64,000 nt of DNA, taken from assembly GCF_963921235.1 (NCBI RefSeq), contig NC_086109.1:21950001-22014000 (forward strand), written 5' to 3'. Position numbers and translations under genes: made by a program. A model generated the notes under the pieces. It saw nothing but the letters and a program-made list of their open reading frames with translations. It was not told the origin of the DNA and searched no databases. This document shows, one piece after another, positions 45,281 to 59,426 of the stretch. Every line of letters begins with the position of its first letter. Position 1 is the first letter of the stretch. This DNA comes from Mobula hypostoma (Eukaryota).

Positions 45281-47573
45281 CAGTGTTCCCTAAGATAGGC
45301 AAGATCACCCACCCCACCCCTGGGGGGCAGTGGTCGATGTTTGGTAGCAAGGGGGCTGATGAAAGATTGCTGGCTTGATTTAAGAAATTAATTACTTATA
45401 AGCATGTTTGAGGCACTGAGGATCAAATGATCAGGTAATCACCTCATCACTTGCTAACTCACTGTTCTCTTAGACTTTGTTCAAAGCACATTATAGTTGA
45501 AAAGCAATTGGACACTTCTATATTTGGCGTATCATAAGAAATCTCGGTGAAGAGATCACCCAGCCCACACATTATTGCAGTTCACTACTGTAGTACAGTG
45601 TTAGCTAATATAATTCCCATACTCTTAATTATGCAGTGGCGCTATTCCTATTATTAAGGGTATGGTGTTCAGTGGAGTAAAATTCAGATTCTGCGCTTTT
45701 GGATGATGTTGACCACATTTGAAGGCTTCTTGAATATTTGAAGATAATGCACTCTGATGGAGCAAACAAGAACGTCGCTTATTTTCAGTCAGTTCGTGAA
45801 AACCTTCAGAAATGGAATACTTCAAAACATGTTTCCCAACACTTCACATCAAAGCAGCAATGGTTTCTGTGCTTCATTAAATATTTTATTGTTGTATCTG
45901 GAAAGCCCCATACAATTGGAGAACTGGTTCTGCCAGCAGTAATGGAGATTCTGAGTACAGTTTTGCACAAGTCACCAGACCAAATAATTAAAGCGATTCC
46001 ATTCAGTGTCATGTTTGTTCAAAGACGAATAGATGTAATGTCTGAAACATGGAAGACACGATGTGCAACATTCTTTGAACAACAGAAATTTGCTCTGTAA
46101 TTGGATGAATGAACTTTGTCAGGCAACAAGTCTTTGCTTGGTCATGTTTGCTTCATAAAAGATGAAAGCATAGTTCAATAGCTGTTATTTGCAAGGGGGC
46201 TGGAAACATGTGAAAGGGGAGTCAATAGCTCAGGTTGGTGAACAATTTTTCAAAAAGAAGAGCATTCCACTCACCAATATTCTTGTGCAACAGATGGAGC
46301 ACCATCAATGACGGGACACCACCAAGGGGTTATCATTTTCTTGATAAAAGCTGTACCTAACATACTTACCATCACTGTACTTCATAGACAACATCTTGTC
46401 GTAAGAAAACATAAGTGATCTGCTGCACAAATCATTAAATACTGTTACCTCAGCAGTAAATAAAATCAAGTCCCATGCTCTGAATTCTGGACTGTTTTGA
46501 GAGTTTTGTATTGAGAATGATGACCAATTTGAACACTTGCTGTGTACACAGAAGATAGTTGGCTCTTAAAGGAAACTTCCTGAGATGCTTTTATGTGATT
46601 TTTGAAACTCTAATAAAATTCTTTGAAAATTCAAATTCTTCCTTCAGTAATCAACTCAAGGATATTAGGCAAGACATTCTTATTTGTCAGAATTATTCAC
46701 AAAGTTTAATGAAATCAATCCAATTATACAAAGAAGTTATGTGACTCTTAATCAAAATCAAATCAGTCATCTCCATTTTTCTGTCCAAATTAAGCCTAAT
46801 TAAGTGCAGTCAAGACCTTTTCTAATTTCCTAGCCCCTCTGAGTGGAAGACAATGAAAGAATGCCATATGGTGATTTTCAAATATACTGTGCCCACCTGG
46901 GTGAGTTGCATAAGACAAGTTAGAGAGATTCCAGAATCTTCTCTGGATCCAAATTCCAGATTGGGTAATAAATTCATTCCTGAACGCTTGTCATGAGGAA
47001 GTAACAGGAAGAGTGGAGGAATAACTGATCTCACTACAAAATGACTTTGAGCTGAAGGTGAGGGTTTTAAAAAAATCATATGGTTGCAGAAAGAGATCTC
47101 TGAATGCTATCTTGCACTGTTTTAAAAAAAAAATCAAGATATTCTTTATTGCCTTCCCAACATCATATTTTGTGGAGCACAGTTTCAGTGCAGTTGCCCA
47201 ACTTCTTTTAAAGCAATAAAACTCCGAAAATTCAGAGACTGCTGAGTGACATTTATCTGACCACTGCACAAAGCACACCTATCCCACTGAAAGGTGAAAA
47301 AGCAATGAAGTAGTGAATAGTTGAACTAATGTATGCCCTAAAATTGTTGATGAAAATTGTTTTTGCTGGAATAAAGGAATTTTATTTGTAGTTTTAAATA
47401 GATTTGAATAATTTTAACAATGATTTGATACTGCTTTGAATTTGCATTTTCTGTTTTCTTTCACTGTGCATTGCAAATCAAAAATTTTAATGGCTGGAAA
47501 GAGGGGGGTGGTGTGCTGGGTATGTGGTCTAGGAGTCAAGGAGGTGGTGACCCAAAATGTTTGGGAACCACTG
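45281..47573 (+). mobile_element. hAT (Charlie/Buster-type) DNA transposon with decayed transposase
   Basis: TIRs cagtgttccc and gggaaccactg; perfect TSD GTTTAGAT at 45273-45280 and 47574-47581; fragments GKPHTIGELVLPA, VQRRID, FAL*LDE and ATDGAPSMTG. Confidence 0.92.
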
Positions 47574-48473
47574 GTTTAGATCATCCCTATTTCCTGTAGG
47601 CCTAATTTATTAAAATTATTTGCTATTCTCTATTTCTGTCCTTTTAGCCATCATAAATGTAATCATTTTACCCCTTTGTCAAGGCCCTAGATTTCACAGT
47701 TCCATCCTAAAATTTCTCTACAGCTCTTTCCTTTCCAAAATTCTGCTTGAATTGTCTTTGATCAAGCTTTTGTGTTTTCTTTAGTATCTCCATATGTGGA
47801 TATGATCTAGCATAACACCTTATGATTTTATTATGAAATTTCATGTTTTTTTTACAAAAAACTAATGGAATTTTTAAGGTTATGGGGTGATTTTGAAGTT
47901 TTCAAGATATGGGAAACAATAGAGGGGATATAAATAATTTCTGCTGGTTAGCTAGAAACTCCTTGATTAGAGAGAGTGATCTTAAAAACTATTAGGACTA
48001 AAATGTTAAGGAATGAAGCCACCAGAAACAATACAGTGAATAACTGGATCCCTCTTTTCTGCAACTAGCAATTATTGCTAAGTTAAATCTTAAGAATTTT
48101 GGTTTTTGTTAAATGATGCTGCAGCATATAGTATGAGGCAAAGGTATACATGATTCAGTCACATTCAACCAAGACCTTGTATAATAGCAGATTGAGAATT
48201 TAAAACAAAATAGACTGCCACTTGGATTCCTGTGTTTCTGAATTAATCACATAATCACTCTTCCTGTGAAGTTCTGCTTGTTGACTGGTCTTGAATATAT
48301 TGCATAACAATATTGTATCAACATCAATGTTTCACGGAAACACTATTTATTGTAAGTAGTTTCTTATAAGTTGCAATCTTCTGAGTCTGCTTTCTGATTA
48401 CCAGAATTACTTTTTAATTTTTAACTGTTTCATATTCCAATGGTTTTATTCCTAGCAGTAGATTATCTTAAAT

Positions 48474-49172
48474 GTGAGATTCTGCAGATGCCAGGAAGCT
48501 AGAGTAACACACAATGCTGGAGGAACTCAGCAGTCAGGCAGCATCTATGGAAAGGAATAGAGTTGATATTTTAGCCCAAGACTCTTGATTAGGACTAGAA
48601 AGGAAGGGGGAAGAAGCCAGAATAGGAAAATAGAGGAGGGGAAGGAGTACAAGCTTGAAGGTGAGGAGGTGAGTAGTGGATGGTGGAGGGATGGGGGGAA
48701 TGAAGTGAGAAGCTGAGAGGTGATGGGTGGAAAAGGTAAAAAGCTGAAGAAGGAGGAATCTGATTGGAGAAGAGAATTGATTAAGGGAAGGGGCACCTGA
48801 GAGAGCTGATAGGCAGGTGAGAATAGAAAGGGTATTAGGGGAGCCAGAAAGGAGAATGGAAAAGAACAGAAGGTCGAGTTGGAGAAATAGAAGTTCATGC
48901 TGTTAGGTCAGAGGCTATCCAATCATAACATGATGCGTTGCTTCTCCAAACGATGAGTGGCCTCACCGTGCCATTAGAGGAGGCCACGGAATGACATGTT
49001 GAAATGGGGATGGGGATTGGAATTGAAATGCTTTGCCAGTGGGGCATCCTGCTTGTTGCAGACGGAGCAAAGTTGCTTGTCAAGGTGATCCCACAATCTG
49101 TGACAAATTCACCAATGTAGAGGAGGCTGTACTGGGAGCATCTGATACAGTAGATGACCCTGACAGACTTCT
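48474..49172 (-). mobile_element. Older Penelope-like element 3' fragment
   Basis: VIYCIRCSQYSLLYIGE GIY-YIG motif plus a terminal repeat. Confidence 0.85.
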
Positions 49173-50237
49173 GATGATGACCCTCAATACTGCACTCTGC
49201 CATCATTGCAGTGAGTTAAATTTAACCATGGTATCAACCAACAAACGAACATTATTTTACACTAGTTGAAGAAAAACCCATTTTCTATCTAGTAAGGCGC
49301 CGTAGGTAGAAAGAAAACAAAGTTGCTGTTTCATGTCAACGACCTTCAGAAAAACTTGAGGTCACAAATATAAGGTCAAAGGGGAGAAATTTAAAGAAAA
49401 TCTGAGGATAGGTTTATCACAGTGGTAAATGTTTGAAATGAATGCCAAATTTCAGGCAGGTAATGTTACATTTGGCTAGGAAAGGAGTAGAGGGAGGGAT
49501 ATGGGCCTTGGACAAATGGTTCTGTACTGATAGGCATCACCGTTGGCAGTGAAATAGGATGTAAGAGCCCTTTTCTAGTCTGTATATTTTTATGATTTTA
49601 AAACTGATAGTGCTGTGGATGCCTTCTATCATCCAGCTGATTGAATGGAGATTTTATTTGGGGTTTGCAAGTAAGCTGCGCATTAGGTGCAATTGTGATG
49701 TGATGCAATGCAAAAAGTTAATGAAAACAGACAAAGGAAGCATTTTCTCTCCTCTCTGTACTTGTTCACTTAACATCCAATGATATTGTTTTGAACATAT
49801 GGGGAGTGAATTGTTTGTTCTCTTCCAACTTTTGTGATGTTTTGCATATATTGTAGGTGTGAACTATGAGACATTGATCCGTTGCTGTGATCTACAGCAA
49901 AAGCAGTAACTAGTATTCCTTGAAGAAAAAAACTTTTTTTCTAGAATTATTGTGGCCCATAAATTGAAGAAAATATACTTGCATTTCGTGAACCACCCCT
50001 CCATAACCCCCACCACCACTATTGTCTAACTTCCTGTCAATCACCTTGTGTACAGACACACCTATTCCTAGTGTCACTTTATGGACATACAATCAATCTA
50101 TCTATATAAGCTATCATATGTATTTGTTGTGTTTTTAATTTTTATCTTTTGTACTGCATCAGATCTGGAGTAACAAATTCAACTACTTTACACTCGTGTG
50201 CTGGAAATGACTAAATAATCTTGAATCTTGAAACTTG

Positions 50238-50610
50238 CTGTCTTTTATGTCGTAGGTGTTTAGAGCAGCAATGAAGGTCCTCTATCTCTGGCAGTGCTCA
50301 GGGCTTCCTACTTCTTGGTTTTCACTACTGTCAATTATGAAGTCCCGGGTGGATACTTAGGAATATCATCGCACTCAGATGTAGAAGGATTCTTCATTGC
50401 TGTTTCCGTAACAATTTTATTTTACCAGTCAGTGTTGTTAGCCCTGAGCTGAACCTTCAAATCTGGAGGACTGGTGGACCATGCTGTCCTTTACTGTGAC
50501 CAATTTGGCATAGGTGATTCTACCAAGAGCAAAGCATAAAACTCTGGCTCCAGCGGTCATTCAGGCATGCAAGCCTCCAAACCACGACATGGTCGTGGTG
50601 CGCTTGGAGG
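50238..50610 (-). mobile_element. Probable RTE-derived non-autonomous element (5' UTR plus 3' end)
   Basis: Minus strand has an RTE-like leader ('accacgaccatgtcgtggtttggaggcttgc...agggctaacaacactgactggtaaaa') and ends with R*RTFIAALNTYD-like coding. Confidence 0.5.
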
Positions 50611-52909
50611 TAGATCTTGGATAATGCAGATGCATGTAAATGCTTTTTGACAATGAATTCTTTTATCATTCCGTTGCTGTTTGCAAGCTACAAAATGGAT
50701 TGCATGCATATGTTTAGAAGTAAAGCTGGAGGATCTGTAATGTTTGTTTGGGTCACTTAGATTATTTTGTTCATCACAAAGCCATTCATCTGCTTAATTC
50801 TTATGCATTTTGTGCCATTCAGATATCAAGATATCACATCTTGTTTTACAAGAAGTTAATAAATACCTTGGAATTGTGATCCATGTCATTATGTAGGAAA
50901 TGAGGCAGCCAGTGTCTTGATAGCAATGTTCCAGAAACTGAGTGAGACAAATGGCCTGTTTAAGTGACTGAGTATAAACTTGACTGGCTATTCTCCACTG
51001 CCTGGCTTTAGGAATCTTCACATCCATGTAAGAGGGTAGCCAGAATGGTTAAACTGCCATTATTGGCCAAGTGTTAATACTCAAATTGGTTGTTAACTGT
51101 CTGGTTCTACCCAGTTAGTGTAGGGCTGGAGTTCAGTCTTTTGTTTGATTAGTGGACTAGATCCTATTCATTCTGTCATAAAAGGTTATTGCAGAGTACT
51201 ATTTTTGGGTGTCATATACTCTGGTAAGAGGTACTATGGCATCTCTGTTCAGGTGGAATATTGTTTCACTAATCATTTTACTTTTCACTGTGCTAGTTTA
51301 GTGTTGGATTTAATGGTAGATGCTTAGTGAGATCTCTTTAGTAAATACCTTTGAATAATATTTGGATGACAGTAAAGATAAGGCCCTGATTTACTTTGGA
51401 AAGCGTCTTAAATTCTTAGCAAGTTAACACATTGGTTATAGTTTTTATCCACAAGAAAGTGTGGCTCTTTCAAAGCTAAGTATACAGTGATTACAGTACC
51501 GTTGCGCTCTGTTCAATCTATTGGATTGAAGTTATTCTATTTGCAGCAGTTTTCTGGTGACTCAAGACCCAGTCAAAATGCCTCTCATCACAATTTGAGC
51601 CTCATCATGGTTGTAATGGTACATTCTCCTATCTTATGTCTAACCCTCAACTGTGATGTAGCAGTCTCCAAAACACCATCATAACTAGCTAATTCCAAGT
51701 TACTTAACTTTCACATAGGTAAATAGCTTGGTGTGCAGAAGAATTAGCAAATGATTTCTGCTTTAGTGATAAAACTGAAGAGTACGAGCTCTTGCCATCT
51801 TGTACTCCTTCCCCTCTTCCCCCCTCCTTATTCTGACCTTTACCCCCCTTCCTTTTCAGTCCAGATTAAAGTTCTTGACCGCAAACGCCCACTGTTTATA
51901 ATCCTCCATAGAAGCTGCCTGACTTGCCATTTTGTGTTTCAGCATCTGCAGAGCCTCTTGTGTTTATAAAACTGATGAACTTTCAAAAAAAAATCCCAAT
52001 GCTGTTTTCATGTGTAATTAAACTTGTTATGACATTGATTATATGCACTTAAGTTTTCAATGGTGGGGAAAATGGAGTATAAAGGATTTTGCTGTACTAT
52101 GAATGTTAAACCACAGAAATACAAACCTTTATTTCATAACAGCTAGTACACCTTAATATATCAAAGTTCAAAGTACATTTATTATCAAAGTATGTATATT
52201 TTGTGCAACCTTGTGATTCGTCTCCTTGCATGCAGCCACAAAACAAAGAAACCCAACAGAACCTTTTTTTTAAAAAAAAAGACCATCAAATATCCAATGT
52301 GCAGAGAGGGGGAAAAATCATGCAGACAATAAAAGTAAGCAAATAGCATTCAGGACTGCAGTTTACTAAAGGGAATCTGTCTACAGACGTAAACCTGGGC
52401 ATAAATCTATTGCTGATTCAAGAGCATGCCACAGCCTCAGTTCAGTGCAGAGCCAAGTTTAAGCATCACGGAGCAGTGAGTTGAACAGGCCCATCCCCTG
52501 ATTCCGTGACCTTCTCAATCTGGCCTGGCACTTAATCATCCAAACATCAGGTCGATCCTCACTCTCACACTTGGGTCCTGCCGCTCTGATGTGCTCTTGG
52601 GCTTGGTCCCCGCCATCTTGATTGGGCCCCTACTCGACATTTCCAATTCTTAAATCGATTAAGCCTCAGATTTTTCTTCACTCTCAGGCCTGGGCCAGGC
52701 TCTGCCTCTCCTTGCTTTAGTTCTGCTGCATCAAATTGCCTGCAAGTCCACTTCAGCAATGGCCGTGCATTGGTCATTCCCCATTCTCTGGCCCAGAATC
52801 TATTTTGGGCCACTATGCCACAACTGTATTGAGCCTTTGAGACTTCAGTTCACACTGCAAAAATGCCAGGTCGTATAAGTGTTTCAAAAGCTCAACGCTG
52901 AAAGGGAAG

Positions 52910-53535
52910 TTAGAATCAGAATCAGGTTTACTAGCACTGGCATATATTGTGAATTTTATTAACTTAGCAGCAGCAGTACAGTGCAATACATAATATAGAA
53001 AGAGAAAAAGTGTAAAGCAATTACAGTGAGATGTATGTTAAACAGTTAGATTTAAACATAGTGCAAAACAGAAGTAATTTTTTTTTGAAAAGTGAGGTAG
53101 TGTTTAAGGATTGAATGCCTATTTAGAAATCGGATGGCAGAGGAGAAGAAGCTGTTCCTGAATCGCTGAGTGTGTCTTCAGGTTTCTCTACTGCCTTCCA
53201 GGTGGCTATAATGAGAAGAGAGTATGGCCTGGGTGATGGGGGGGTCTTTAATTGATGCCACCTTTCTGAGGCACTGCTCCTTGAAGGTGTCTTGGATACA
53301 ATGGAGGCTAGTACCCAAGATGGAGCTGACTAATTTTAAAACATTCTGTAGCTTTCGGTCCTGTGCAGTAGACCCCTCCCCCCCCCCACCCCCATACCAG
53401 AAGTGATGCAGCCAGTCAAATACTCTCCACAGTACATCTGTAGAAGTTTTTGAGTTTTTTGGGTGACAAACTAAATCTCCTCCAATTCCTGATGAAATAT
53501 AGTCGCTGTCTTGCCGCCTTTATAACTGCATCAGC
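52910..53535 (-). mobile_element. Rex1/Babar-type LINE 3' fragment
   Basis: (agaatc)n tail; similar to 4526-4920 and 13570-14130. Confidence 0.8.
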
Positions 53536-54199
53536 GGAACAATACATCCGTAACTTTATGTTGGAATGCTGGAAAAATTAAGGCCTCTTTAAGTCTTGAA
53601 ATCTGTAGGCTTGCATTTCCTAGACATGTTATAAGCTTTTCCCACTATGTGAATAATTCAGTGATAGCACTCAAAGGCTATATTTTCAGCACCTGTTCCC
53701 TGCATAATGTCTGTGGTGTGAATAATTTATCTTCCTCTGCTGTTATATGCATTGAACTATTGATTCTGTCGTCATTTATTGATTCAGAATTCAAGCCAAA
53801 TAAAAAAATCATTGTGGGACAAACATGACAACTTTTAAGCTGTTTTGTTTAAACCATTGTTATTGAAATATGCTTCCAGCTTGTATTTCCTCTTGAAATA
53901 AACAAGTTAACCTAAGCAGACTACATTAAACAGATTTTTGTTATATTGTTATATTCCCCAGATGTGTGCTTCATGGATAATGCAGAATACAAGGGGAAAA
54001 GATGAGGTAAAAGCAAAAACAGTATTGGATTGTTAAAACTACTCTGCAGCACACTGTTGCTAAGTCATTGGCTTTGACTGATGCAGAACAGCTAGAATCA
54101 TGTTGAATGACAGGGTGGACTTGATGGATAAAGTGGCATATTCCTGCTCCCATTTTCTTCTTGTTTTCCCACTTACTTGGGTCCAAAGCTGGTGATGTC

Positions 54200-55612
54200 A
54201 TGGTTGCACATCTTGTACCACAAGGATGACTATTTCTCAGCCCAACCAGATGTCCTGTCTGAATGCAGATGTGCCCTCCCTACAAAAAGCCCGGGGTGTT
54301 GCCTTTAAGTTTGGAGACAGAACAGCTGTCAGGGCAGCAAGGAAAATTCCTGGGCATCAAGAGGGCAAAGACTGCCTATGCATCAAAAATTCAGAGCACC
54401 TGTCCAATAACGATCCTCAGTATAAGAGGCTGGGTTTCAAGGACATTACTGACTACGCAAGGAAAAACAGCATCAATTGTACCAGTGACACCTCCCTCCC
54501 AGACTCTCTAAACAGACTTCCTTTATGCTCAATTTGAGGCATATAGCACAACACCAACCCTGAAAACTACCCCCCCCCCAGGTGAGCAGCCACTGCCTGT
54601 AACAACAGCAGATGTGAGAAGGACTCAACAAAGAGCCACCCCCCCCCCATCCCCCATAAGGCGGCTAGGCAAGACAACATCCCAGGCCAAGTACACTGAT
54701 ATCTTCACGGACATCTTCAACACTTCACAAATCCAGACTGCTATCCCCACATGCTTTAAATCAGCCACCATTGAAAGAACTCTACATTTTCAGAACTAAA
54801 TGACTACAGCCTAATGGCAGTGATGACAATAAACATGAAGTGCTTTGAACGGCATGCATCAAAATCTCCATTCCTGCTACACTGGATACTCACCAATATG
54901 ACAGATGCCATATCGCATATGTCATGCATCTAGCCCTAATATACTTAGACAGCAAGGACACTTGTGTCAGAATGCTTTTTCTGAATTTCAGTTTGGCATT
55001 TAGCACTATTGTCCCACAGACTCTTGAGCAAAATCCTACTCCTTGGTAAGGGTAGGAGTTGGACTTCCTAACCAACATACCTTAGATAGTCAGGATGCAC
55101 AACCACTCCTCCCTCCCCATCATCCTCAACATGGATGCCCCTCCATGTTGCTGTGTGCTGAGCCCATTGCCGTACACTCTGCTCACACGTGACTGCATGG
55201 CTAAACACCAGAGTAATCGTTGTCAAGTTCACCAATGAGACGATGGTGGTGGGGCTCATCACCGACTATGATGAGTTGGCCTATAGAGAGGAGGTGGAAG
55301 AGCTTGAGTCCTGGTGCCTCTTAATGTCAACAAGGCAAAGGACATGGTTATAGACTTCAGCAGTCACATCTCTGACACTCTTTACATCGACAGCACGGCA
55401 GTGGAAGCTGAGCAGTTTCAAACTCCTGGGAGTACATATCTCGCACAACCTTTCTAGGTTCCAGAACACATTCTACACAATCAATGAAGCTCACCAATAC
55501 CTCTACCTTCTGACCAAGCTGAATTGAACTGGACTATGTGCATTTATGCTCGTATCTGACGGAAGTGTAGTAGAGAGCATCCCAACATGCTGCATCACTG
55601 CATCATATGGAA
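54200..55612 (+). mobile_element. Decayed Rex1/Babar-type LINE RT region
   Basis: DIFTDIFNTS..IPTCFKSATI, MKCFER, RMLFLNFSLAFSTIVP and FKLLGVHI motifs. Confidence 0.8.
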
Positions 55613-56878
55613 GACAATTGACCTGCTACCTGAAACATCTTTGCACTATGGGAGGAAACCCACGCAGTCACGGGGAGAACATACAAACTCCTTACAGACA
55701 GCGATGGGAATATTTTTGAAATGTTACAATCTTATAAATTTGCAAATCTTGTGAAATTATAGCAGGAATTTTTTTGATTTTGTTATTCTTTATTGCTAAA
55801 CTAATACTACTTGTGCCTCCACTCCAGTGATTTCTCAGAATTATTTCCTGGGTCTCCTAACTTCTCATGCCAAATCTCATCACACCCTACTTTTAACTTC
55901 ATCCTTCAGTACATTCAGAGTGGGGAGTTTATTGCCAAGCATGGTATGAAAATATTACCAATACCAGTGTTAAGCAGATCTTTTGCTTTGTAGAACACTA
56001 GCCCCCTTCTAATAGTCGTATGATGACCATCATCAGGAAATTTAAAATCAAAAAGACAAATCTGGCACGTGTATCAGTAGGAGCTCCTATTAATTCGTGG
56101 GTGTGGATAATAGATTTCACAGGCAAGATGAATTTGTGAAAGTCCTGGTGTGCTGCCATCTTGAGCCAATTCAGTCCCTGCTGAAGCTGTACCACTATGT
56201 AGTTCAAATGAGAATTCCGGGACTAGGCCCCTGTGACGTATGGTGGTATTTTTCCCAAGTCAGAATATTGTGTGACTTGAAGGAGAATCTGCAGACAGTG
56301 CTTAGATCTGTTTCCTCGTTTTCAGTGGTAGAGTAGATTTTTGGTTTGTAAACAACTTCCAAATACGTTTTGGTGAGCATTTATAGTGCTTGTTATATAA
56401 ACGATTTGCACATGAAGGTCCACAGTGCTGCTGCTTTGTGTTGGATGTTTTAGCAAATGGATGTGGAAGTTTAGCTATGTGCTTTCTCCAAGTTGGTATT
56501 GAATTGTTTGGGTGTTTGTGGACTCATTCGTCTGGTTGAGTGGGTAGAACTTCATGTCATTCCTGATGTGTCTTTGAAGTAGTGGGAATGTTTTGTGGAC
56601 TCGGAAATGTGTAGCTTTGGACCTGCTCTTGTAAACCTGGTATTTCTTGGTTGTATAACTTTTTTCATTGTAGTGACATCCTGGAATGTGAGGGTGGAAA
56701 TCTCTGCATTGCCATTTTATGAAGCTTTGCAGTCTTTACTAATTACCTCAGTTTGTGAACGAAGATTGTTGAAGCAGCTGAAAGTAGTTTGACTGAGGCC
56801 AGTATTCTGTAGCAGCCCTGTACTGTCGGTTGCAGTACTGGCTGTAGTTCTTCGGTTATCAATCAGGAGTTAAAACTA

Positions 56879-57078
56879 GGGCCGGCTGGTGGCGCAATGA
56901 CATCCATGCTGAGTGGAGTGTCGAGATCGCAATTCGACCTCATAAAGTAAAGGGAAAATATTGCGAAAATGTCTGTGTGAGGAATGGTGTGCCACGCAGT
57001 CTCTCTCTCGCTCGCTCCACGCCTTGTAAAAAAAGCCATCATCATGGATGCACGCACACAGGCACACGCCAAAAAAAG
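56879..57078 (+). mobile_element. CpG-rich SINE-like element with A-tail
   Basis: Head gggccggctggTGGCGCAATG (A-box-like), no clear B-box, ends in aaaaaaa; gagtta occurs near both flanks. Confidence 0.55.
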
Positions 57079-58603
57079 AGTTATATTTAATCAGAAATGT
57101 CTTTAGCTGAAATTTGATACAGGATTACTCCTGCAGGCTGCTTTGTGCAGTAGTTATTTTATTCACCCTCCCCAGCTTTCAGTTTGGATAACAAACTTGC
57201 ATTTGTGTAATTCATAGTCACTATCCAACACTTTGTGATACTGAATAAAATTTGCTCTTAACAGGACTTGTTGGGGAAGGGTGAGGGAGAGAATACTAAA
57301 TGCAAAAGAAATTTTGTGAATTTTTATTTACTCAAAGTGGGGAAGTAAGATTTGGGAATGATGTCACTACATCATTTGGGTTGGCAGTCACAGCCAAGTT
57401 TCCTTTTGTACTCTTTCCAGTTGGAGGACAACTGAACAAATGTCTCAGCGCACAGCTCTGCCATGATGTTCTTTTGCAAGGTATTTTCATAGATGCTTCA
57501 TAGGGAGCTACATTAGTCATGGCATGCCCTTGCACATGTCCCTTAAATTGATCTCTCGGGCTTAACTTGTGCTTGATCTAGTCATCATGCTTTAACCCGT
57601 TACCCCCAGAATTACTACACTACCTTTTCCCCATCAACACCAATCCTCTAATCTCATTTTTTTACCCTGATATCCTCACTTCCTAAACCCTTTCCTAATC
57701 AGTGAGCCTTGTCCATTTCCTGAGCCTAATGTTTGTCTCAGGTGCGTTATGTAATGTCATTGGGTCATTTTTTTCATCACTGATAAAATGGCTTAATATG
57801 AGAGAAAACACCACATAGGAACATACCTCCACTTTTAACATGAGATTCACTGGGGAAAAGAGGTGGGTGGGGTTGATATTTTGGGAAATTGTAAAATGCA
57901 ACCCCTCTGTGATGCAATAGTCTTTGATTTTTTTGCATTAGGTGCATTTCCAATTCTGTGGCCTGTGCATGGATATTGTAAGAGATCCTTCATTTCTAAT
58001 GCACTCATCTTGTTCTTACCCATTCATAGAGTATTTTTTTCCAGTTTTCTATACCTATTGAGAGTGCAAATTTATTTTGAATCTAGTGAGAATATAAAAA
58101 CTGTATTTAAGGACAACAGCTCAAAAAGAAATTTAATCTTTTTCAGGAATATGGTAACTAGAAAATATTTTTCTCCCAATAGAATTATTTTTGGATTAAA
58201 GCATTCCGGAAGGTTTGATAATCTTAAACTGAAGTGAATTACTAAATATAAATGTCTGCACGTTTTAATGCTTGAAATAACATGAGGAGTTTTCAAGATT
58301 AATGATGTGCAATCAGGTTGGAAACTAATCAACTGGAGAGCATGGCTCCATCAACATTTTCGGTTATGACTTGCTTTTAAGGACAGCAGGTAGAATCCAT
58401 GCACAGTAATTGCAATTTTAATTGATGTAATTTTTACAAACACTGCATTTCATAGCAGATGAAGCTGCAATTTGGTGTATTTTGTTGATTGGCAGTATGC
58501 TGTAGTGACCAGATCTGCAATTATTTCAGCCCATTGTACAAATGTTACAAACTTATCAAGAGTTGTTCTACCTCTGTTGAAATAAAGTTCCACGGGCTTA
58601 CTA

Positions 58604-58892
58604 GGGAGCCGCAGTAACATAGCGGTTAGTGCAATGCTATTGGGTCTCGGGGCATTGGAGTTTGGAGTTAGTTCCCAGCATTTCTGTAAGAAGTCTGTAC
58701 ATCCTCCCTGTGGAATTCATGGGGTTTCTCTGTGTACTCCAGTTTCCTCCCACAGTTCAAAGACTTGCCGGTTGTTAACTTTGTCATTGTAAATTGTCTC
58801 ATGATTAGGCTAGGGTTGAATTGGAGGTTGCTGGGACAGTGCAGCTAGAAGAGCTGAAGGGGCGTATTCTGCGCAGTATCTCTAAATAAATA
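58604..58892 (+). mobile_element. tRNA-derived SINE (V-SINE-like core)
   Basis: 'tagcggttag' A-box region, core 'tccagtttcctcccacagttcaaagac', tail 'tatctctaaataaata'. Confidence 0.7.
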
Positions 58893-59426
58893 GTTTTATT
58901 TATCTTCGAATGAGAACAAAAATGCTTCATCTACCTGAAGTGGGTATTACCCTTTATTCAAACAGTGACACCTTGTTCTAGATTCTCCCAAAAGAATACT
59001 CTCTCTGTCAGAACTCCTTGGGTCATGTCCAGACAATACCATGTTGATCAGTGGCTTTCAGGATATTTGGGGCAAGTCCAGACAGCTTATTACAGGTTTT
59101 ATTGATGCGCTAGAACCTAAATGGGAAGATTAAATTAATATTTATCCCCTTCACAGTTGGTAAGGTTGCACAAGAATACTGTTCAATATAAACTCACTTT
59201 GAATTTGCTGAAGATTCTTTTCTTCAGAAACGTCTTTAGTGATTTTGGGCCACTTGTTGGCTGTTCATATAGAAATTACATTGATAACCCCGAAGTGGCT
59301 GATTCGTTGTACTTTTGGTCCTGGACTCTAAACAGCAGCTTGTGCTATTTGCTGCTGCCCTCACCTGGAGCTCCAGTACCAATGGAACAGTAATTTCATC
59401 ACGGCAATCTTCACTGTCTAGGTAAT

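Noticed and set aside
45738..46744. Domesticated ZBED/SCAND3-like gene
   Set aside because: It has many stops and frameshifts and sits between TIRs and a TSD, so it is a dead transposon.
57863..58237. 124-aa ORF in the intron
   Set aside because: AT-rich, with no motif, LRR pattern or convincing exon boundaries.
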